From Clostridia bacterium (lineage in GTDB: Bacteria > Bacillota > Clostridia > UMGS1883): a stretch of DNA of 64,000 nucleotides. Positions within the stretch are counted from its first letter, which is position 1. Every line of letters starts with the position of its first letter. The notes beneath the pieces are model-generated. The model did not search any database. It was given only the letters and a program-made list of their open reading frames with translations, and was not told the DNA's origin. The translations under genes were made by a program, and so were the position numbers. Below, piece by piece: positions 17,441 to 27,416 of the stretch. The stretch lies in the NCBI GenBank assembly GCA_051866635.1, contig JBJDXJ010000014.1, positions 1 through 64,000 on the forward strand. The letters are read 5' to 3'.

Positions 17441-20400
17441 ATGAAAAATTTGAAGAGAATGTTATGCACACTTCTTGTTATCATTATGATGACAGGTACA
17501 GTTTCAGTTTCTGCGGCTTCACGCTTTAACGATGTGGCAACAGGCAATAAGTATGCGGAAGCTATTGAACTTTTGGCAGGTCTTAAAATTATCAACGGCT
17601 ATGAAGACGGAAGCTTCCGTCCCGGTGATACAATTACAAGAGCCGAAGCGGCAGCTATTATGGTAAGAGTTATGGGCTACGAGGATGACGTGGTAAAGGG
17701 TCAGACTAATTATTCTGACGTAAAATATAGCCACTGGGCATCAGGTTATGTTAATGTTGCAACATCCTTGGGCATTATTAATGGCATGCCTGACGGCACC
17801 TTCTGTCCCGAAGATAATGTTACATACGAACAGATGGTTAAGATGATTGTTTGTGCAATCGGTCATGAGCTTAAGGCTACAACTTACGGCGGATATCCTG
17901 ACGGATATATCCGTGCCGCAAGTGAAGCAAGCGTTACAAAGGGTCTTTCCGGCTACGTAGGACAGGAAGCATCCCGTGGTGTTGTGGCTCAGCTTGTTTA
18001 CAACGCACTTGAAGTTGAAATGATGGATGCAACAAGCTTCAGCAACGGTATTTTAGGTAACACATATTCCTTAAACGGAAAAACAATTCTTGCAGATTAC
18101 CTTGGTATTGAAAAGGTTGATGCTGTTGTAACTGATTCTTACATGGCAAGCGAAGTATATTCTGCAAAGGATAAGCATATCACACTTGACATTACAAAGG
18201 TTTACAGCTTAAACAACAGAAAGAGCAACGCTCTTTATGATGCAGGTGACGTTATTGACTTTGAAGAAGGCGAATATTCCTACGCAAACACATACCTTGG
18301 CTATGCTGTAACAGCATATGTTGGTGAAGACAGTGATTCCGGCAAGGACATGATTTATGCTATCACTTTGGACGACGCAAGAAATGATGTTGTTGAAATT
18401 ACACCGGACAATTTCGACGAAGATGAAAGTAACGATAATTATGTAAGCTATGCAAAGCGTGCCACAGACAAAAAGCTTACAGTCCTTGATCTTGACAGAA
18501 ACCTCCTTGTTGTAGTAAACGGTATTGTTGTAAATAAGAATATCAGCGAATATTATGAATACTTTGATGTAATGGAATTTGTTAACAACGACCGTGACAG
18601 CTATTACGATGCTGTATTTGTTACAATGTATGATGAATCCGAAGGCGTTGAATTCGTTGTTACAGATATTGAAGAAGATGACGGCTTGTGGTATTTTGAA
18701 GGCGAAGACGGCGAAATAGAAATCGACACAGAAGATGATGATATCATTGTAAGAGTTATCCGTGACGGTGAAGCGGCAAAACTTGACGATATTTCATACG
18801 GAGATGTATTGACATGTCTTGATGCATCCGCAGGAATAATTACAGTTTATGTTTCAAGCAGCACTGTAAGCGGTATGATCAGCGAAGTTGACTATGACAC
18901 AGAAGAATATTTCATAAAGAATAAGGCATACACACTTTCTCCTGCATTCTCTGAGGAGCTTGAAGCAGGTGACGAAGGCGTATTCTACCTTAACTATCAA
19001 GGCAAGATTGCTTACTCTACAGTAAAGAGCTCCGTTACAAGCGGTGACTATGTGTTTGTTGCTAACTATGACACAAAGACTTCCTTCAGCAAGGTAACAT
19101 ATCTTGTTCAGGTTGTAACAGAAAGTGGCAGTGTTAAGACATACACATTGAAGAACAAGGTGAAGTATATTGACACAAACGGCAACCTGTACAAGAGTGT
19201 AACAGATGCTACTGTATACAATTACCTTAAGGAAAACAAAACTGACCTTTCCAATGACTTTGGTGTGGAAGGATACGTTGGTCTTGCAAGAGTTAAGACA
19301 TCCTCTTCCGGCGTGATAAGCGAAATTTATCTTCCCGGTAAGTATGAAGAATTTTATGCACAGACAAAGTATGCAACAGAAAACACTAAGGAATATTCCT
19401 CCACAAGAGGTACTTACGGTAACTATGACCTTGACAGAGATGTTATCGTATTCAGCGTTGACAACAGCGAAGAAAGTATTGCCGATGCTGTTGAAGTTGG
19501 TACTGTAGGCGAATTCTTCACAAACGGTGACAACTATATGTTCATCGCATACGGTGAAAGAAATAAGGACATTGAAGCACTTGTTCTTACAAACGGTGTT
19601 TCAGCGTTGAGCTATGAAGACCATGCAATTATCATAACAAAGATTTCCACAGTTGTGGTAGACGATGAAAAGACAACTAAGATTACAGGTCTCCAGAAGG
19701 GCAAGACAGTAACATACGTTATTGACCCCGAAGAATCCTTTGATATTAGGATTGGTAATATCGTTCTTATAAAGTGTAATGCTTCAAACTATATCACAAA
19801 GCTTGAAAAGGTTGCAGATACAACAAATTCTGTTAACGGACTTTTCACTGCATTTGAAGATGCCGATATTCCTTCCGACGAAGATGCAGGCGTATTCGGT
19901 GGTATGGTACAGTCTAAGAGCGGAAGCAAGTTCTTTATCGAAGGCGTGGAAGATGCATTCTATAGCGACACTAAGACTTCATATTACGTAATTGATTACA
20001 CAGGCAGAGATACAACATATGTAAACGGTGCATTTTCTTCCATAAAGACATCAACAAGCTCCGTTGCAAGCTATGTAATTGCAAGAACATATGAAGATGA
20101 TTTGGTTGATGTGTTCATATTCAGATATGATGCTGATGAGGATGATGTTCCCACAACTGATATCTGGGATAAGAGCATAACTGTAGAAGAAGAAACTGAA
20201 CCTACAACAGAAGCTACTGAAGCAACGACTGAGGCTCCAACAGAACCTGCAACAGAAGCAACGACCGAGGCTCCCACGGAAGCCACAACAGAAGCTACAG
20301 AGGCTACTACAGAAGCCACAGAAGCCACAACAGAAGCTCCTACAGCGGCAACAACGGAAGCTACTGAAGCAACAACAGAGGCACCCACAGCGGCAACAAC

Positions 20401-21289
20401 AGAAGCTACTGAAGAGGTGACCTTGGCTGAAGTTCCCACACAGGCACCTACAGAACCTGCGACAGAGGTACCTACATTTGCACCCACAGAACCTGTGACA
20501 GAAGCACCTACACAGGCTCCCACAGAACCTGTGACAGAAGCACCTACACAGGCTCCCACAGAACCTGTGACAGAGGCACCTACACAGGCTCCCACAGAAC
20601 CTGCGACAGAGGCACCTACACAGGCACCTACAGAACCTGTAACAGAGGCTCCTACATTTGCACCCACAGAACCTGCGACAGAAGTACCTACACAGGCTCC
20701 TACGGAAGCTGTAACAGAAGCACCTACACAGGCTCCTACAGAGGCAACAACTGAAGAACCTACAGAAGAAGCAGGAACAGAAGCTACAGAACCTGTGACA
20801 GAAGCACCCACGCAGGCACCTACAGAACCTGTAACAGAAGCACCTACACAGGCACCTACACAGGCTCCTACAGAAGCAACAACAGAAGCGGCAAAGGATA
20901 CCGCAAAGGATTACTATAACCGCATGATTGCTTTAAAGAGCAAGTATCCTGAAGGAACAGTTTGGAACAACAACAATTACTATACTTGGAAAGGCGGACT
21001 TTACAGCGGCGGTTACGGCTGTGCAGGCTTTGCCTTCATGTTAAGTGACGCGGCATTCGGCACTCTTCCTGCAAGAGAAGTTAAAACAAATATTTCCATC
21101 AGCACAGTAAAGGTTGGCGACATTTTAAGGCTTGACAACGATTCACACAGTGTAATTATTCTTGAAGTTCACTCAGATTACGTTGTTATTGCCGAAGGAA
21201 ATTACAATAACTCCGTTCATTGGGGACGTAAACTTACAGCAGCAGAAGTTGCAGCAGCAAGTTATATGATTACACGTTATCCTCAATAA
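17441..21289 (+). CDS. S-layer-type SLH-domain protein with Thr/Glu/Ala/Pro linker and C-terminal CHAP/NlpC-P60-like domain
   Basis: Signal peptide; SLH motifs 'GIINGY.DG.F.P...ITRAE'; EPVTEAPTQAPT repeats; 'GCAGFA...GDILR...HSVII...AEGN'. Confidence 0.85.
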   Translation: MKNLKRMLCTLLVIIMMTGTVSVSAASRFNDVATGNKYAEAIELLAGLKIINGYEDGSFRPGDTITRAEAAAIMVRVMGYEDDVVKGQTNYSDVKYSHWASGYVNVATSLGIINGMPDGTFCPEDNVTYEQMVKMIVCAIGHELKATTYGGYPDGYIRAASEASVTKGLSGYVGQEASRGVVAQLVYNALEVEMMDATSFSNGILGNTYSLNGKTILADYLGIEKVDAVVTDSYMASEVYSAKDKHITLDITKVYSLNNRKSNALYDAGDVIDFEEGEYSYANTYLGYAVTAYVGEDSDSGKDMIYAITLDDARNDVVEITPDNFDEDESNDNYVSYAKRATDKKLTVLDLDRNLLVVVNGIVVNKNISEYYEYFDVMEFVNNDRDSYYDAVFVTMYDESEGVEFVVTDIEEDDGLWYFEGEDGEIEIDTEDDDIIVRVIRDGEAAKLDDISYGDVLTCLDASAGIITVYVSSSTVSGMISEVDYDTEEYFIKNKAYTLSPAFSEELEAGDEGVFYLNYQGKIAYSTVKSSVTSGDYVFVANYDTKTSFSKVTYLVQVVTESGSVKTYTLKNKVKYIDTNGNLYKSVTDATVYNYLKENKTDLSNDFGVEGYVGLARVKTSSSGVISEIYLPGKYEEFYAQTKYATENTKEYSSTRGTYGNYDLDRDVIVFSVDNSEESIADAVEVGTVGEFFTNGDNYMFIAYGERNKDIEALVLTNGVSALSYEDHAIIITKISTVVVDDEKTTKITGLQKGKTVTYVIDPEESFDIRIGNIVLIKCNASNYITKLEKVADTTNSVNGLFTAFEDADIPSDEDAGVFGGMVQSKSGSKFFIEGVEDAFYSDTKTSYYVIDYTGRDTTYVNGAFSSIKTSTSSVASYVIARTYEDDLVDVFIFRYDADEDDVPTTDIWDKSITVEEETEPTTEATEATTEAPTEPATEATTEAPTEATTEATEATTEATEATTEAPTAATTEATEATTEAPTAATTEATEEVTLAEVPTQAPTEPATEVPTFAPTEPVTEAPTQAPTEPVTEAPTQAPTEPVTEAPTQAPTEPATEAPTQAPTEPVTEAPTFAPTEPATEVPTQAPTEAVTEAPTQAPTEATTEEPTEEAGTEATEPVTEAPTQAPTEPVTEAPTQAPTQAPTEATTEAAKDTAKDYYNRMIALKSKYPEGTVWNNNNYYTWKGGLYSGGYGCAGFAFMLSDAAFGTLPAREVKTNISISTVKVGDILRLDNDSHSVIILEVHSDYVVIAEGNYNNSVHWGRKLTAAEVAAASYMITRYPQ
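20190..20890 (+). repeat. Coding tandem repeats (12-bp and 36-bp units) forming the linker
   Basis: GAACCTGTGACAGAAGCACCTACACAGGCTCCCACA-type units with synonymous variation. Confidence 0.9.
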
Positions 21290-21316
21290 CATGAACTGAA
21301 TTTTAAAGTTGCAAGG

Positions 21317-21414
21317 ATTAGGTAATTAAATGAATAATTAATGTGAATTTTCGCATTAAAGCGAAAATTTTCCGAGATTATTCATCATTCATTCTTCATT
21401 ATTAATTACCTAAT
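21317..21414. repeat. Repeat family D: heptamer-armed long hairpin
   Basis: ATTAGGTAATTAA...TTAATTACCTAAT ends; centre AATTTTCGC-ATTAAA-GCGAAAATT; TTATTCA TCATTCA TTCTTCA TTATTAA TTACCTA. Confidence 0.7.
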
Positions 21415-21453
21415 GAGATTCGTCACTTTTGCTAATTGACTTTTTGATACGCT

Positions 21454-21482
21454 AAGGCTTTCGGAAAACCGAAAGCCTTTTT
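21454..21482 (+). terminator. Intrinsic terminator of the S-layer gene
   Basis: AAGGCTTTCGG-AAAA-CCGAAAGCCTT followed by T-run. Confidence 0.85.
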
Positions 21483-21571
21483 GTATGGATAAACAAAATC
21501 AAAAAAAGGTGGACAAATAAGGATAAGAGTTATATAATATAAGAAATAATATACTAAAGGAGAGATTTTGA

Positions 21572-22204
21572 ATGGAAAACGTATTTATTATGAATCATCC
21601 TCTTATCAGCCATAAATTGGCAATACTCAGAGATAAGAATACTACCAGCAAGCAGTTTCGGGAACTGGTAAGCGAAATCGGTATGCTTATATGCTACGAA
21701 GCAACACGTGATTTGCCCCTTACACCTGTAAAGGTGGAAACACCACTTATGGAAGCGGAATTTGGCATGATAAAATCCTTCAAGCCTCTTTTGGTGCCCA
21801 TTCTCCGTGCAGGCTTAGGCATGGTGGAAGGAGTTATGGAATTTTTGCCTAATGCGGCTGTTGGTCATATCGGTCTTGCCAGAAATCACGAAACCCTTGA
21901 ACCTGAACTTTATTACTACAATATGCCTGCCGATGCAGGGGAAAGAACTGTTATGATTCTTGACCCCATGCTTGCAACAGGCGGTAGCTGTAGTGCGGCA
22001 ATAAAGCTTGTTAAGGAAAGAACAGGTGCTAAAAAAATCAAGCTTATGAGCATTGTAGGTGCACCGGTGGGCGTTGAAAGAATCAGCCGTGAACACCCCG
22101 ATGTGCAGATATACCTTGGTGTAATGGATGAAAAACTTAATGATAAGGGCTATATTCTTCCGGGTCTTGGCGATGCGGGGGACAGATTATTTGACACCTT
22201 TTAA
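21572..22204 (+). CDS. upp: Uracil phosphoribosyltransferase
   Basis: 'HPLISHKL', 'VPILRAGLGM', 'DPMLATGGS', 'YILPGLGDAGDRLF'. Confidence 0.97.
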   Translation: MENVFIMNHPLISHKLAILRDKNTTSKQFRELVSEIGMLICYEATRDLPLTPVKVETPLMEAEFGMIKSFKPLLVPILRAGLGMVEGVMEFLPNAAVGHIGLARNHETLEPELYYYNMPADAGERTVMILDPMLATGGSCSAAIKLVKERTGAKKIKLMSIVGAPVGVERISREHPDVQIYLGVMDEKLNDKGYILPGLGDAGDRLFDTF

Positions 22205-22216
22205 TGGAGAGACAAA

Positions 22217-23005
22217 ATGAACTTAAGAGAAAATCTTTCAAAAACCAAAAGGGTTGTGTTTAAGGTTGGCACCTCTTCCCTTACATACCCTAACGGCAGA
22301 TTGAATATAAATAAAATAGATGTATTGGTAAGGGTAATTTCTGACCTCAAGAACCGTGGCATGGATGTTGTTTTAGTGTCCAGCGGTGCCATCGGTGTTG
22401 GTGTGGGAAAGCTGGGACTTTCCGAAAAGCCAAAGGATATGCCCTCTAAACAGGCGGCGGCGGCAGTAGGTCAGTGTGAGCTTATGTACCTTTACGACAA
22501 GCTTTTTTCCGAATACGGTCATATTACAGGTCAGGTTCTTCTTACAAAGGATGCTATTGAGCACGATACCAGACGCCTTAACGCCCATAACACCTTTATG
22601 ACCTTGATTTCCATGGGCGTTGTTCCCATTGTAAATGAAAACGATGCCGTTTCCACAGAAGAAATTGAGTTCGGTGACAACGATACCTTGTCTGCATATG
22701 TGGCAGAATTGTGTGAAAGTGACCTTTTGGTTATATTAACCGATATTGACGGCTTGTATGATTCCGACCCAAGGAAAAATCCTTCTGCCCGTCTTATAAG
22801 TCAGGTGGAAAAAATTGACGATAGTATTTTGTCCGTGGCAGGGTCTGCCGGGTCAACAAGGGGCACAGGCGGTATGATTACAAAGCTCCATGCGGCACAG
22901 ATTGCTAAAAATTCAGGCATTAAAACAATTGTCTGTAACGCTGATGACCCCAAGATTATATATGACATTTTTGAAGAAAAAGAAATCGGCACAATTTTTG
23001 GGTAG
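22217..23005 (+). CDS. proB: Glutamate 5-kinase (no PUA domain)
   Basis: 'KVGTSSLT', 'VSSGAI', 'NENDAV', 'FGDNDTLS', 'GTGGMITK'. Confidence 0.96.
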   Translation: MNLRENLSKTKRVVFKVGTSSLTYPNGRLNINKIDVLVRVISDLKNRGMDVVLVSSGAIGVGVGKLGLSEKPKDMPSKQAAAAVGQCELMYLYDKLFSEYGHITGQVLLTKDAIEHDTRRLNAHNTFMTLISMGVVPIVNENDAVSTEEIEFGDNDTLSAYVAELCESDLLVILTDIDGLYDSDPRKNPSARLISQVEKIDDSILSVAGSAGSTRGTGGMITKLHAAQIAKNSGIKTIVCNADDPKIIYDIFEEKEIGTIFG

Positions 23006-23014
23006 GTGAATTAT

Positions 23015-24250
23015 ATGGTTGAACTTGACGGAAAAAAAGCAAAGGACGCTTCAAAAAGCGTTATGCTTGCAACAGAGCCGGAAAAAAATGAAGCAATAAA
23101 AGCCATAGCAGATGCATTAAGGAAAAACAGCGGAAAAATCCTTCAGGCTAATGAAAAGGATATTGAAAATGCTCGTAAAAAAGGGATGAAGGAGTCACTT
23201 GTGGACCGCCTTATGTTAAACGAGAAAAGGATTGAACAAATGGCGTCCTCCATGGAGGATATTGCTTCTCTCCCTGACCCTATCGGCACTGAAATTGAAT
23301 GTATTAAAAGACCCAACGGTCTTGTAATAAGAAAAATCCGTGTTCCCATGGGCGTTATCGGCATTATTTACGAAGCAAGGCCAAATGTTACTTGCGATGC
23401 GGCGGCGTTATGCTTAAAAGGCGGAAGCAGTGTTTTGCTCCGTGGTGGAAGTGATGCAATTAATTCAAACATGGCTCTTACCTCTGTGATGAAGAAAGCC
23501 TTGGAAAAAACTGCAATTCACCCCGATGCAATTATGCTTTGCACCGATACAAGCCGTGAAAGTGCAACGGAAATGATGCGGCTTAATAAATACCTTGATG
23601 TGCTTATTCCCCGTGGCGGTGCTTCCCTTATTAAAAGTGTTGTGGAAAATGCAACGGTACCTGTTATTGAAACAGGTACAGGCAATTGCCACGTTTACGT
23701 GGACGAGAGTGCCGACATAAAAATGGCAACTGATATTATAATCAATGCAAAAACACAGCGTACAGGTGTGTGCAATGCGGCAGAAACGCTTCTTGTTCAC
23801 AAAAATATTGCAAAAGAATACCTTCCCGTGGCACTCTCTGCCCTTGAAGGCAAGGGTTGCAAAATTTACGGCTGTGAAAAAACACGTGAAATATACCCTT
23901 GCGAATTGGCTACAGAGGAAGAATATGCCACAGAATTTCTTGACCTTATTATCTCCGTAAAGGTTGTGGACAGTGTTAATGAAGCTATTGACCATATTGA
24001 AAAGTATTCAACACATCATTCGGAAGCAATAATTTCCGAAAATTGTGAAAATGTTCAAAAGTTTTTCAGGGAAGTTAATTCTGCGGCTGTTTATCACAAC
24101 GCCTCCACACGTTTTACTGACGGAGGAGAGTTCGGCTTCGGTGCGGAAATGGGCATATCAACCCAGAAACTTCATGCCCGTGGCCCTATGGGACTTAAGG
24201 AAATAACATCATATAAATACGTTATTGAAGGTAACGGACAGGTAAGATAA
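23015..24250 (+). CDS. proA: Glutamate-5-semialdehyde dehydrogenase
   Basis: 'IIYEARPNVT', 'GVCNAAETLL', 'STRFTDG.EFG.GAE.GISTQKLHARGP'. Confidence 0.97.
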   Translation: MVELDGKKAKDASKSVMLATEPEKNEAIKAIADALRKNSGKILQANEKDIENARKKGMKESLVDRLMLNEKRIEQMASSMEDIASLPDPIGTEIECIKRPNGLVIRKIRVPMGVIGIIYEARPNVTCDAAALCLKGGSSVLLRGGSDAINSNMALTSVMKKALEKTAIHPDAIMLCTDTSRESATEMMRLNKYLDVLIPRGGASLIKSVVENATVPVIETGTGNCHVYVDESADIKMATDIIINAKTQRTGVCNAAETLLVHKNIAKEYLPVALSALEGKGCKIYGCEKTREIYPCELATEEEYATEFLDLIISVKVVDSVNEAIDHIEKYSTHHSEAIISENCENVQKFFREVNSAAVYHNASTRFTDGGEFGFGAEMGISTQKLHARGPMGLKEITSYKYVIEGNGQVR

Positions 24251-24252
24251 AC

Positions 24253-24287
24253 AAAAGGCACGCTGCGATTAAAGCAGCGTGCCTTTT
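24253..24287. terminator. Bidirectional intrinsic terminator
   Basis: AAAAGGCACGCTGC-GATTAAA-GCAGCGTGCCTTTT. Confidence 0.85.
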
Positions 24288-24558
24288 ATATAACCTGATT
24301 AAATTTACAAAACACCAATGCACATATTATATTAAATATAAAGGACAAGGGTATAAGCACCCGAAACTTTACTTTACTTGTTTTGTGGTTAAAAACTATC
24401 ATCCCAAGCATTGCACCTAATGATGCAAATAAATATGAAAGTAAAATAAGGGTGCTTTCCCTTATACGGTGTTTACGCTTTTTTGCCAGCAATTTGTCTG
24501 TGCCGTAAAGAAAGAAAACAAAAATATTCCATACAATAAAACAAATTAAATATATCAC
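24286..24558 (-). CDS. DUF1294 family small membrane protein
   Basis: 'LYGTDK..A....RIRESTL......GAMLGM..F.HKT.K..F'. Confidence 0.88.
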   Translation of the reverse strand: MIYLICFIVWNIFVFFLYGTDKLLAKKRKHRIRESTLILLSYLFASLGAMLGMIVFNHKTSKVKFRVLIPLSFIFNIICALVFCKFNQVI

Positions 24559-24559
24559 T

Positions 24560-26008
24560 TTATTCCTCCGTCAGATGCTCTTTTAATATGTCTTGGTTAA
24601 GATACAATTCATGTGCCATATCATATGCGTAAATTGCATATGCATGAAATCCGTTTGAGTCAACATTGCAAAGAGCTCCTGCAAGCCTTCCGTCCTGGAT
24701 TATGGGCGTACCGCTCATGCCACGCATAACGCCGCCGAAATTTTTTATTCTTTCATCTGTTGCAGAAAGGCAGATTATGTCCTTCCCATCAATACGGTAG
24801 GTGCCTGTAATATACACATCATATGCCTTTGCCTCGCCGCCCTCAAAGGTGGAAATCATCTTTGCCTTTCCGGGATGAACCTGCCATTTTTTCGCAATGA
24901 AGATTTCTTCACCCTCAGGTTCTGTCACAATACCAAAAGTGCCGTAGCGGTTGTTTACGTAGCAATCGCCTATGATTTCACCCGGCTCTACCGTCAGCCC
25001 TTCACTGTCATGTCCTGTAACCGTGGCAGATAACAGGGCACTTTTTACACTGTCATCTGTGGGCATTTCCGCACTGTGACCTGTTGCGGCAAAGTAGCCT
25101 GAAATCGGATATGAAAAGGTCATTGTCTGAATGGTGGATGCTAATTGAAATGGAACAGCGTAATAGTTAATACCTATTCTGTAGGCATCATCTTCCGAAG
25201 AATAAACAGGTGTTATTGAAAATGTAAGTGTCTGACCGTTTCCATCACTGTCGTATCGGTTTACGGTCAGCTTAATTTCCGCCTTCGTGGGTCCCTTTGT
25301 GATAAAGTCCGATGAAAGGGCTTCTTGGTCGTTTATATGGGTAATAACATCACCTTTTTCAATGCCTGCTTCTTTGCAGGGTGAGACTTTTGTGCCATCT
25401 TCTGTTTCAATATCAAAAAAGCCGCCGATAAGCATTGCAGTTTCGTTGTAAAGAACAGATGCCGTAACATTTCCCGACAATAACACTGTATCTGATATTA
25501 TATCCTTTTCATTTAAACTTACGGGAAATGCCTTTGTTTCCCACCATGTATATGGAAATGTGACTGAAAATGTTAAAACTAAAATAAGGGCAGTCAATGG
25601 CGTAAGAAAAAGATGCGACTTTCTTATAACTTCCCCAATTTTTACAGAGTAGGTGTAGTTAATTGGGATAATATCTAAGTCATCTGTAAAGGATATGTGG
25701 GTATATTTTTTCTTTCTTGAAAAAAGTCTGCCTAAAATAAGGCAAAGCACCGCTAAAACCAAAAAAACGGCACAGTTATAGGTAAATGCGATAATAACCA
25801 AAATTGTGAGAATTGACACAAAAGGCTTTGTGAAAAACTTGCCTTTGCCTTTGTAGGGTAAATACAGTAAAAGAAAAAGTAAAAAGGCAATTGCACTTAA
25901 TGCAAAGACTAACGACTCTGCCCCAGTGTAGTAGTTAATATAGGAAAGGTAGGCGAAAAAAGCCGTAGCCAGCCCAAAAAATACAGTAGAAAAAATGCCG
26001 GAAACCAT
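24560..26008 (-). CDS. Membrane-anchored SpoIVB-like peptidase (S55) with PDZ domain
   Basis: N-terminal TM helices; PDZ 'SPCKEAGIEKGDVI'; 'AATGH'; 'GVMRGMSGTPIIQDGRLAGA'. Confidence 0.8.
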   Translation of the reverse strand: MVSGIFSTVFFGLATAFFAYLSYINYYTGAESLVFALSAIAFLLFLLLYLPYKGKGKFFTKPFVSILTILVIIAFTYNCAVFLVLAVLCLILGRLFSRKKKYTHISFTDDLDIIPINYTYSVKIGEVIRKSHLFLTPLTALILVLTFSVTFPYTWWETKAFPVSLNEKDIISDTVLLSGNVTASVLYNETAMLIGGFFDIETEDGTKVSPCKEAGIEKGDVITHINDQEALSSDFITKGPTKAEIKLTVNRYDSDGNGQTLTFSITPVYSSEDDAYRIGINYYAVPFQLASTIQTMTFSYPISGYFAATGHSAEMPTDDSVKSALLSATVTGHDSEGLTVEPGEIIGDCYVNNRYGTFGIVTEPEGEEIFIAKKWQVHPGKAKMISTFEGGEAKAYDVYITGTYRIDGKDIICLSATDERIKNFGGVMRGMSGTPIIQDGRLAGALCNVDSNGFHAYAIYAYDMAHELYLNQDILKEHLTEE

Positions 26009-26139
26009 AAATTATACACCTCAAAGGTAATTTTACTATAAAACATGAAAAAATTAAAGCATTTATTTGTTAAAACTCTTTACAATATTGAAAAATTGTT
26101 ATAAAATTAAATAGATAATAAAGAAAAGGGGATAGGATT

Positions 26140-27150
26140 ATGAAAGTATTACTTACAGGCGGTGCCGGTTACATAGGTTCTCATACTTGTATCGAGCTTC
26201 TTAATGCCGGTCATGAGGCAATTGTTTTGGACAATTTTTCAAACAGTAAGCCCGAAGCACTTAACAGAATTAAGGAAATTGCAAAGAAAGATTTCAAGTT
26301 TTATGAAGCTGACTGCTGTGACAAGGACGCCCTGGAAAAGATTTTTACGGAAAATGAGATTGATGCGGTTATTCACTTTGCAGGCTACAAGGCTGTAGGC
26401 GAAAGTGTTCGTATTCCCGTTTCCTACTACAGAAATAATATCGACTCTTCTCTTGCTCTTTTGGAAGTAATGGAAAAGCACGATTGTAATAAGATTGTGT
26501 TCTCATCTTCTGCTACAGTATACGGTGTTCCCAAACAGGTTCCTCTTGTTGAAGGTATGGACACAGGTTGTACTAACCCCTATGGCTGGACTAAGTACAT
26601 GATTGAACAAATTCTTACAGATGCGGCAGTTGCCAACGATAAGCTCAGCGTTGTTCTTCTTCGTTACTTTAACCCCATCGGTGCTCATGAAAGCGGAAGA
26701 ATAGGTGAAGACCCCAACGGTATTCCCAACAACCTTATGCCCTTTATCACACAGGTTGCTGTAGGCAAGCTTCCCCAGCTCAGTGTGTTTGGTGACGATT
26801 ATCCCACACCTGACGGAACAGGCGTGCGTGACTATATCCACGTTGTTGACCTTGCCAAGGGCCACGTTAAGGCTATTGAATATGCAGACAAAAACAAGGG
26901 TACAGAAATTTTCAACCTTGGAACAGGTATCGGCTACAGCGTTTTGGACGTTGTACACGCTTTTGAAAAGGCAAACGACCTTAAGATTAATTATGTTGTA
27001 AAGGAACGCCGCCCCGGTGACGTTGCAGAATGTTATGCAAATGCTTCCAAGGCACTTGAAAAACTTGGCTGGAAGGCTGAAAAGAACCTTGAAGATATGT
27101 GCCGTGATTCTTGGAACTGGCAGAAGAACAATCCTCAGGGCTTGAACTAA
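26140..27150 (+). CDS. galE: UDP-glucose 4-epimerase
   Basis: '[10 protein letters not shown]', 'FSSSATVYG', 'YGWTK', 'LRYFNP', 'PNNLMP'. Confidence 0.97.
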   Translation: MKVLLTGGAGYIGSHTCIELLNAGHEAIVLDNFSNSKPEALNRIKEIAKKDFKFYEADCCDKDALEKIFTENEIDAVIHFAGYKAVGESVRIPVSYYRNNIDSSLALLEVMEKHDCNKIVFSSSATVYGVPKQVPLVEGMDTGCTNPYGWTKYMIEQILTDAAVANDKLSVVLLRYFNPIGAHESGRIGEDPNGIPNNLMPFITQVAVGKLPQLSVFGDDYPTPDGTGVRDYIHVVDLAKGHVKAIEYADKNKGTEIFNLGTGIGYSVLDVVHAFEKANDLKINYVVKERRPGDVAECYANASKALEKLGWKAEKNLEDMCRDSWNWQKNNPQGLN

Positions 27151-27163
27151 AATAATGCACGCT

Positions 27164-27367
27164 GACCTCAAAGGCGGACTACGTCCTTCAGCACTTTGAG
27201 GTCTGTTTTTTTAAGGAACAAAGTGGCGATTTCTCGTGCAAGGGGTCTTTGCCCCCCTAAAATCGCCACTTTCGGAGCCGAAAATGCGATTTCCGGCTCC
27301 TATTTTATTTGGGGAGTCTTACTCCCCAAACCCCTTGCGACTGAATAAAAATAGGTTTATCGACAGT
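27164..27367 (+). repeat. Repeat family B copy 1 (~204 bp, multi-hairpin)
   Basis: Near-identical to the reverse complement of 53541-53748; at least four hairpins. Confidence 0.9.
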
Positions 27368-27416
27368 TTGTAAGGAGTAAATAAGGCTTAAATAATTACA
27401 GTTTGGCGGCGATAGT

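Noticed and set aside
20071-20811. 246-aa antisense ORF and 36-bp periodic repeat that could be taken for a CRISPR array
   Set aside because: The units are contiguous with no unique spacers and vary mostly at synonymous positions of the + strand protein; the antisense ORF is a shadow of the repeat
22217-23005. ProB lacking the PUA domain
   Set aside because: Short glutamate 5-kinases are a known, common form in Firmicutes
26503-27171. Long antisense ORFs over galE (and similarly galT, the amidohydrolase, udp and GH105)
   Set aside because: They overlap well-supported genes, lack RBS and motifs, and are explained by codon bias on the coding strand
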